NCBI GenBank assembly: GCA_905331295.1
Contig: CAJNYD010000253.1
Span: 62,001-126,000 of the forward strand
Direction of reading: 5' to 3'
Source of the DNA: Rotaria socialis
Taxonomy: Eukaryota
Length of the DNA stretch: 64,000 bases
Of the stretch, positions 26,075 to 34,600 are shown one piece after another. Made by a program: the position numbers and the translations under genes. Below the pieces are notes generated by a model. The model was not told the origin of the DNA, did no database searches, and worked only from the letters and a program-made list of their open reading frames with translations. The stretch's first letter is position 1; each line of letters opens with the position of its first letter.

Positions 26075-27274
26075 TTAAAGTCGCTGCTCAAGTTGTTCCA
26101 GTGGTATTATTGTGTGGCTCGTTGAATGTGTACCATTTTGCCCAGAATCGGGAGCTACTTGGCGACTGCGTTTACGTCGAGCCTTTCTGGTTAAAGCAAC
26201 ATCTGTTTCGAATTGAAGTTCTTCCGTTCTATTATTATCACTGATTGAAATGGTCGTCGGAGATATGTTCCTCGGACCTTTTAAGAGTGCGACGCAATCG
26301 TTCGCATTGACTGTGAAAGCTATACTAGTGCTCATGCCGTGCATGATAGATAAGTTAAGCAATAGCATGATAACTGTACTTGGTATGCCTATTATTTGCA
26401 AGCTGTGTAGAATGAAAAGTACAACAAACAAAATAGATATCGATAAATTAAAGATAAGAACTGCGAATCGTAAGTAAGGACGTTTAAACATGCTTGGATC
26501 TTGTTGATGTCTCATTATGGAATGATGTAGTCCCATAATAGAGGTCAATTTAACAAACAAACCTGCAGCAATACCTTTATGGCGATCATTGGCAAATAAG
26601 TTGACTACAAGAACCAATTTTATATAGTATTTAAGTACATATAGTACGGAAAAACACACTCCAATCCGTTCAATAAAGTCAATTACATCATAATTCTTCC
26701 AGGCCCACCAATAACACACAATGGTACTATTAAATGTTGTGTTTACTTTCTCTTCAGCATAGCACGGAATATAGCTGTCCGGTTGATCTTGTCCCAGCGT
26801 GAACTTAAAACAATCTGTAACATCGTATGGCGGACAATAGCCATTCCCTATTTTAGTGCTCACTGGTATAATGAATCTAATAATGAATATAAATGATACA
26901 GAGTTCAGGACGATTGCACTCAAAAAGAGTAAGGATGATTTCACCGACGAGAAAAATTTATTTTCAAACGCAATCTTTTTACCATAAAAGTCTATCAATA
27001 CTTTGCTCCTTGGTGTTTTATTTGGTGATTCAACAGATTCGTTAGCATTTGGCTGTGCCACTGTCTCGATGTTTTCAGTATGCTCTTCGTTTTCATCGAT
27101 ATTGCTTACTTTTATCTCAAATAGTCCCTCAATAATCCAATAGAACAACTTGCACCAGTATTTTCCTAGACAAAATATGATAACATAGATCGATACAGCT
27201 AACACTATATAAGTAATCAATGCAGTCTTAAAATACATGTTATATAAATATTTTCCACGTGTGGACAGTGGCAT
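26075..27274 (-). CDS. Uncharacterised ~5-TM membrane protein with Cys-rich loop (pair B, copy 1)
   Basis: Intronless ORF; first ATG (MPLSTRG) at 27274, as the track start is a TTG. Loop CPPYDVTDC...C...CYWW...FIERIGVC has the same Cys/IG-x-C pattern as pair A. Confidence 0.85.
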   Translation of the reverse strand: MPLSTRGKYLYNMYFKTALITYIVLAVSIYVIIFCLGKYWCKLFYWIIEGLFEIKVSNIDENEEHTENIETVAQPNANESVESPNKTPRSKVLIDFYGKKIAFENKFFSSVKSSLLFLSAIVLNSVSFIFIIRFIIPVSTKIGNGYCPPYDVTDCFKFTLGQDQPDSYIPCYAEEKVNTTFNSTIVCYWWAWKNYDVIDFIERIGVCFSVLYVLKYYIKLVLVVNLFANDRHKGIAAGLFVKLTSIMGLHHSIMRHQQDPSMFKRPYLRFAVLIFNLSISILFVVLFILHSLQIIGIPSTVIMLLLNLSIMHGMSTSIAFTVNANDCVALLKGPRNISPTTISISDNNRTEELQFETDVALTRKARRKRSRQVAPDSGQNGTHSTSHTIIPLEQLEQRL

Positions 27275-30100
27275 GACTTCAGTTCGTTGATCCAATAGTT
27301 CACTCTAAAACAAACTAATATGATCAGAGAAACAGTTTTTGTCTAGAATCCAAATATGTGATGTGTTTTCTAAATATAAGTTTACTATCTTTGCTCGCAG
27401 ATATAAAAAATACTACTGTGTGCTAAAAGCGAGAATTTTCTCTACACTTCGCAACAGCTGGTGAATGCTCAATACATTTATACAGTGTCAGAATTACATA
27501 TTCAGCAATCTCTCAGGCAAACTGTCAACGTATGAGTGATGATTACCTTGAACAAAGACGATATTTGATATTTCTATCAGCGCATCTCCCTGTATTTCTA
27601 ATAGTAGTAGTAAGTCGTCAGACACCTAAGTATACAAGAGTTTTCAAATTTTCAAATGAATGTTTACACATTATTTCACCTAGAAAAACTCTCACTGGAC
27701 GATGGTTTGCGTAACTACTTCTATCACACTGAGGTAAATGCATGCAGAACTTCTAGAAACTCAGTAAAATCTTCGCTAAAGAAACTAAAAATCATCGCTT
27801 TTAACTCATTCTACATGATAAATGAGTGAATATTTTAACTGTCAAATTTAGCTTTTCATCATCACTTGCTGCATTAAATCAGGAATGCATTCGCTAGGTT
27901 TTATCAATTTTCATTTGAAAAAAGAAGAAGTTAACACACTTACTCAATTATTATGATGCTATAGATTCCAGTCTAGGGTTCATATAATCGAAAAAATTCA
28001 TGTATTAGTATAACTAAACGTTGGTAAAATTTGACTGTATTAACGAGGATTTAATCATTGCGACTAATTCACAATATGAAAAGTGTTCTCATGCGAGTTT
28101 TAGATTCGAAGTGAAATATCAAGCAATGAAAGAAAAAAATATATACTCATGCAAATGAGAACACTACTAATATATGCCCCTTAAAAAGGAAGTACGTTTC
28201 GATAAAAATATACACAATCATGATAACTAATTGAAACAAAAAGAAAACATTTAAAGGTATTCATTACTACCTCTTTTCACTTCTTTAAATTTTATCTTAT
28301 CTTTAGGAGTTCTTTGTAGCTAGAACAATATTGTGACAAGACAGTCAAACAGGTCAAAGAAGAATGTGCGTGAGAATTTTAAACAAAAAATTAATTATAT
28401 TTGAACTTTCGTCAGGCAGCCGATATTTTTTTCGGGATAGTCATCAAGGTAATACTATACACAAATTATCAACAAAAACTAAGAAAGACATATTGCCATG
28501 AGTAGATTACAGGGTGAGTGATGGTGGAAGAGTGTGCATGGGTATGAAACAGCTTGAGGGTGCGGGTATGGACGTGATTTTTTTATTGCAACACCCACAC
28601 CCACACCCGGCCTATTTACTGCCGTAAATATACCGTTTTGGCATCGTTTACCGTCGATAAACAGACTGTAAACGAGTCCGTTTTGATCAGCCTTGGTATT
28701 AAAATAAATATGGATATAAAAATAATTACTGAAGAGGGTGTGGGTGTGGGTATAAGTCTCTTACTCTCCGTCATGCACACCCACATCCCATCTAACCGCA
28801 CGTTCTAACACAAGAAGCAACGCAAAGAGAGCTCCATCTCTCAGAAAATAATCTCATCGACTCACAACAAGTCACATAGTAGTCGAGCTTTTGACGGCAT
28901 GTGATTATTTGTTAGTAGATATTTTTTTATTGAGTCAATCATTGAAAGGAATAAAAACTCTAGGATATCGTCCATCTTTCTTACGTCCACAACAAATTTA
29001 TAAACACGAGATTATCGTGCGCCAAAAAAACGAAATTAATAGATCTTACAATAAAGAATCTGATAATACTAAATATCTTTCATTGAGCAAGGCCAAAGGC
29101 TTTTTACTGGTGATTACTCGAATTATTGGATGGTTTACATTGACGACATACTGTGTGAGAGATTGACTGTGGATGACCAGGAAAATCTCTCTATCTTTGA
29201 GATGGAAAAGCATGAAGTCAAATGCTATCAACCAAGAGACAAGAATCAAAATTTTTCAGTTTGTGATTATGGTGAGGATACTCCTGTCAATGGATAGTAA
29301 TTATTTTGAATTTTATTTTGCCTGCCAGTCGACAATAGCTTGGTCCAATTAATTTACCGTAAAGGATTGTTGTCGATTAATTGATAGACTTCATATGATC
29401 GACATCGAAAACTATCAAATGATGCGAGTTAGTCTAAAGAAGTGAAACAGGACAATAGCAGAAGAAAGGGGGAAACCAAATCAGCATTTAGTTGGGCTTG
29501 TTTTTTCATTGATATGGCAAACCCTATACGTCCTCAATCACAGTTATCAACGAGGCCAATAACATTTCTTTACAATAAACTTCTTCAGATTAAAAAATTT
29601 TTCGTCATTGGTCTCGAATTAATTCCGTTGAATGACAACAGTAGTGAATTTCATTCCTATGCAATATGTACATACACCAGGTAGATTCATATAAACATGA
29701 AAAATATGACGAGTTTATCCCTCTTGATAAACCCAAACATAGTAACCTAATTGAATGAATCCTTCGGGAAGAAAGCTTAACACTTAATAATTGATATGCA
29801 GTTTGCTCGTATGCTAGATTCCACAATTTTCTTTATGATTGTAGGTTGAAATCACTAAGCACAAGAAATAGATGCCAAAATTGTACACACCATGCCGATG
29901 GTGTATCTACAGCATCAATACAAGCGATGTCGAAGCATTGAGGGTGTGGGTGGGTGTTGTATCTTTATCCAAACCACACCCACACCCATGTTTGAACCCG
30001 GGAATGGCATGGGCACTGATTTCATATCAATTCCTCAAAGTGGCGATCTATCTGTATTACAAGGATTTCAGTTCGCCACAACGCTCGACGACCCAGCATA

Positions 30101-31078
30101 TAGGGATGCACCAGTACCAGTATACTGGTTTCTACTTTCGAAAATAACTATTAGCTAAATGAGGCATTTTATCAGCTATCACTTCGTTTATCTATATTCA
30201 AGTGAAAAATTGAGTTTTGCAGCAGTTTGCAACAGTATAATATATTGTATACTCAACTAACTGATAGCGTTATCTAGAACATTTTTCAATGTTTTCCAAC
30301 GTGTTTGAAGAAAGAAGATCATTGATTCAGGTCGTAGTCATGGTAAAAAAAGAAATTGTGCTCGAAAATCTATATTGAGCATATTATATAGCACTAAAAG
30401 TCAGTCAATCGCGAAAACAATAAATGCATATGTTGGAAAGAATGACAATTGTCACTCGTATTAGTATTAAATAAGAAAATACTATTGATACGAGGGCAAC
30501 TTATGCACTGATTTTATTCAATACTAATAAAACTACGATATTGATGTGCCAGCTTCAACTTGTATGTATAAATCCAAAACGATAAAGAGTGAAGGACAGC
30601 ATTTTTGATTACATAAGTTAAAGGATTCTCTCAAACTATTGGTATCGTTACAAAATTGAACAGGTAATAGTGACATTGCTTGTTTACCGTGCTGTAATTT
30701 TCATTTAATACATGTATTATCTGTTGCATATCCGATATCGTGAACAAAAAAATGTCTAGCTTTAGCTATGCAACTTATATACATAAACGAATGCAATAAA
30801 TATGTGAAAATAGTGTCATTCGACTGAGAGAGAAGTAGAAAAATCAAGCCATTTACTTCTATGAGATTTATGTAACTAAAAGTTGATAAAGTTCAGTAAA
30901 TATACAATTTTTGTTTTCATGATCGATTAAAGCTAAGTTCAAGTTGGTATGTTAAACACTGTATTCCGATTCATCGGTTTATCTCATAAAATTGTTTTAC
31001 TATCTGACTAAGTCCATGAATGAGATTATGTTTTCTTCAGAAACATTTAAAACCATTGAAAAATGTTCTAGATAACGC
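30101..31078. mobile_element. hAT-type foldback non-autonomous element, left end intact, right arm truncated
   Basis: Starts TAGGGATGCACCAGTACCAGTA, preceded by CCAGCATA. 30265-30300 is mirrored at ~31050-31080, where the arm is cut by a MITE. The complete right arm and matching TSD are at 58650-58904. Confidence 0.75.
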
Positions 31079-31307
31079 TAGGGTGGCACTTTAACTTTAA
31101 ACTGACAGTAAAGTGCAGAGTTTAAAGTCGTTTAAAGTCACGCTTAAATGCTTCTTTATGGCGTTTCATCCGTTGCAAAGAGTCTCATAAGCATGACTAA
31201 ATACGTCAGTACAGTAAAAAGTATTAAAAATAAGCGTTTAAAGGCGACTTTAAACAACTTTAAACTTTAAACTTTACGGTTAAAGTAAAGTTAAAGTGCC
31301 ACTCCTA
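31079..31307. mobile_element. MITE with TAGGGTGGCACTTTAACTTTA termini, at the duplication breakpoint
   Basis: Near-perfect ~21-bp inverted termini and TTTAAA-rich interior. The 8-bp flanks do not match (GATAACGC vs CTCACACC). Confidence 0.8.
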
Positions 31308-31322
31308 CTCACACCCACACCC

Positions 31323-31373
31323 TCAAGCATAACTGATGAGCCCCTTCACCAAGGACGAAACGCGTCGTGTTGA
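31323..31373 (+). ncRNA. Minimal type I hammerhead ribozyme-like motif (Penelope-type), probably degenerate
   Basis: CTGATGA (31333-31339), then stem II G..CCTT-cacc-AAGG..C, then GAAA-CGCG-TC. Predicted cleavage after C31366. Stem I (TCAAGCAT / GTGTTGA) is imperfect. Confidence 0.65.
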
Positions 31374-31675
31374 TCTCTGAATTCGGCAGTACTCAATTTC
31401 TACGCCCTCATCCTCAAATACATTTATTGTATTTTAATTTTTAGCTTTCGTATTTATTATTAATGCTACGATGATTCGCATTTATTTTAATTAAAATGAG
31501 GGAAATCCGATCGATTAAACTGCTAATGAGGAATATAAGAAGTAGGGTTGTATGGTAATGTTATAACTCCTAGTAGAATTTTATAAAATGTTTCATTAAT
31601 GGTTTTACCAATAAATTCATGCATCCAATAAGTTTTAGAATTTAGTCAAGTTATCTTTGTAAATCGTTTCAAAAA

Positions 31676-34600
31676 CTAAGTTGTTCTTTGGATAGATTCT
31701 TTGATAGCTTCCATGAGAGGATTATCATTAGTTTTTCTGTTTTCATTTTCTTGATGAACGCCCAACTCATAGTCCATAAGATTCCAATGGCTTTCACGAA
31801 ATGAATAAAGACAAGTACTCCAATTTCTTTTGTAGCATTCACTTAGTAGATCACGAAGATATTCGGATGCTCCAGAAACGTTCCTGGAAATGCCTAACTC
31901 TCCGACCAACACTTGATGCTTCGACTTCAAACCAAGTACTTGTGTAATGATTAGCTCTATATCGTCAAATAGAGAATTGACACGTGACGAATTCCATTCT
32001 TGAGAGAGAGCATATGGACCATCATAGTTAGGTACTATGCCAGGATAGGCGAATCGACCCTGATTAAAACGATGAGTGGTTAGCAATCGAGGCTCATACA
32101 TGTGAAACGAAACTTTGAAAAGGTCAGCGTCATTAGCATGCAATGAAAGTGGGCCACGGTCAAATTTCAAGAAATGTAAAGCACGCCAATTAGCCCAAAA
32201 GGATGACTCAATAATAACTGGTGTATTATTATCTTCACGTCGAATAGCATCAATAATCTCTGCATAATAAATCATTAACTTATTATCATCTGATGAATGA
32301 TCGCTTAGAAATAGATCATCGACGCACTTTTGTTCATCAGATGCTGTATATGGTTCATTAATCAGGTCGTATCCTATTACATTATTTATTTTACCCAGTA
32401 CGGCTGCTAATTGTTGCCATATCTGTGGGGACGCTAGATGACGATGAAGTGTTAGAATCACTTGAATGTTATGCTTGCTGAATAAATCAATATAGGAAAC
32501 AAGGCGTTGTAAAGCGGAAGATGAAATACATCCCATGCATTGCGGAAGAAGATATGCAAGATCGGATATGTTAGTCTCTTGAGTATCTTCCCAGATAGTC
32601 GTACAACAAGCACCAAGACGAACGACTCGAACATTCATGTGTTGTAAATCACGCATATCTGCAACTGTTAAACACATCGGTACGTTATATCCAATGAATG
32701 AACTTTGCCAAATTGCCGTCTTCATCGTGTGCACTATAGATGGAGCTTTAGAAATATTAAAACGCGGCCAGCCCTTCAGCATATGATAAATATACAGTTT
32801 CATACGCGTCTCTCTTACTTTCGGGTTGAGATACAGTGCGATCGTAGAATCATCCGCTGATGGTGTTTTAGTATACATGTTAGATGCAGCAATTTTGCAT
32901 AACTGATAACCAAAGTAATGATTCAAGACGAACGATAACCAATAATCGTCAACAAGTATAAATTCTTTCGTTGGCATATCAATGCTGGCTGCATCTCGTA
33001 GAGCTTGTCTTGGAAAAAGACAACCATCAGCATGGGCAAAATGAATCGTGTCAGGAGGCTGGTTATCGTCAATGAAAACTACGCTTACTCCATATTCCCA
33101 TCCGCCAAGTTTAGGATTCTCTGCATTGAGAGTATGCGGTAGAAATTTATGACCATGTAAGCAAAGTATAGCGCGCGCACCATAATTATTACGTCGTTCG
33201 ACAAAAGTTGACAGAAACCGTTCACTAGGTATCATATCATCGTCAATAGTTAATAACAATTCACTATTCATCAAATGAAGCATACACATACGTACAATAC
33301 AATAGTAGTTATCACTCGAATGTATCATGCGAATGCGTTTATTCAAAAGACCGCATATTCGTTCAACTTCTGAACGACGGTCAAAATCATTGTTCCACAG
33401 AATCACTTCAAAAGTTCCATTAAAGTCTTGTTCATATAGAAGGGCTCGTAGGATGCGAAGAAGATCTTCTGTTCGTCGGTAGGAACAAATACATATGGTC
33501 AGGTCAACACTTGGAAACTCTGTTTCAGGAGACTCAGGTAGTGCCAAATATGAGGCACTATTGGCTATTGAACGTATAAATGCTTCAGACGTCAGATGAT
33601 CTTTATTCATATTAGCCAAATAATTCATTGCACTTAATTGCAAATAATTCTTGTTATTCACATCGGAACTAAGTAGACTTGCTGCCTGATCAAGAGAGTC
33701 AAAAAATAGAGGATAGTCACGACCAAGATATTCTTCCATTGATTGAAAACGGCGAACCATGATCGGAGTACAACTCCATATACATTCTATTAGAAGTGTC
33801 GATGCTATGCCATCACTTTTTAGACTAAGAAATGGAATACTTGTTAATAACAGCTGCTCATATTCCTCATCTGATAAGCGATTTATAATCTTAATGTTAA
33901 ATTGAGACGCACATTCATGAAGATATTTTTGACGAATTTTATCCGTTTCATTTAATAATATGATCTTTTCGAAATTATTCGGTACAACTAACTTTAAAAA
34001 GTCATCTATATCGCGCATATAACCACCGATCATCACAACTGATGAGCGTGCATTCGTCGTTATTGACTTTTGAATCCTTCCACTGATCGGATAGAAAAGG
34101 CGACTAACAGGAATATCGACCGAAAGACTCTTTGGTAATCGAAGTTTTATGTAATCACATAAATATGTAGATAATGCAAAGAGTCCTCGGCAGAAATTAA
34201 GACTAACAAGAAACTGAGGAGAATGCAAAAGTCGTTCAACATCGGGCATCCAAACAGTATTGGAGACAGGTGCCTGGTGTACAATACCTACCCATGGCTT
34301 TTGAAGCTGATAATCACATTCGAAAAAGTATTGTTCAACAGTAGGTATAAACAGAGTAGGTGCACAATCATGATGAAGCTGGTTTTTAGCAATATCAATC
34401 ACGGCACAAAAACCACCGGCTCGATGATGATTCCAGTCAGAAGGTAAGGCAGCAAATTTCAATTTCTTCTTGATTTGAACGAGTGATTCTTGTTTAACTG
34501 TTATATCAGATGCTTTACCAAGAAAAATGAAGGCTTTTGCAAACGTTGCTGGTTTGTATAGCGGTTTCCATTCATTAAGGTATTGTTCGACAAATCTACA

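Larger units (their letters stand above)
25462..31080 (+). repeat. Segmental duplication, copy 1 (~5.6 kb; partner 54107-58690)
   Basis: Collinear, near-identical sequence from TATCTTGAGGGTGTG to GATAACGCTA in both copies. Confidence 0.92.
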
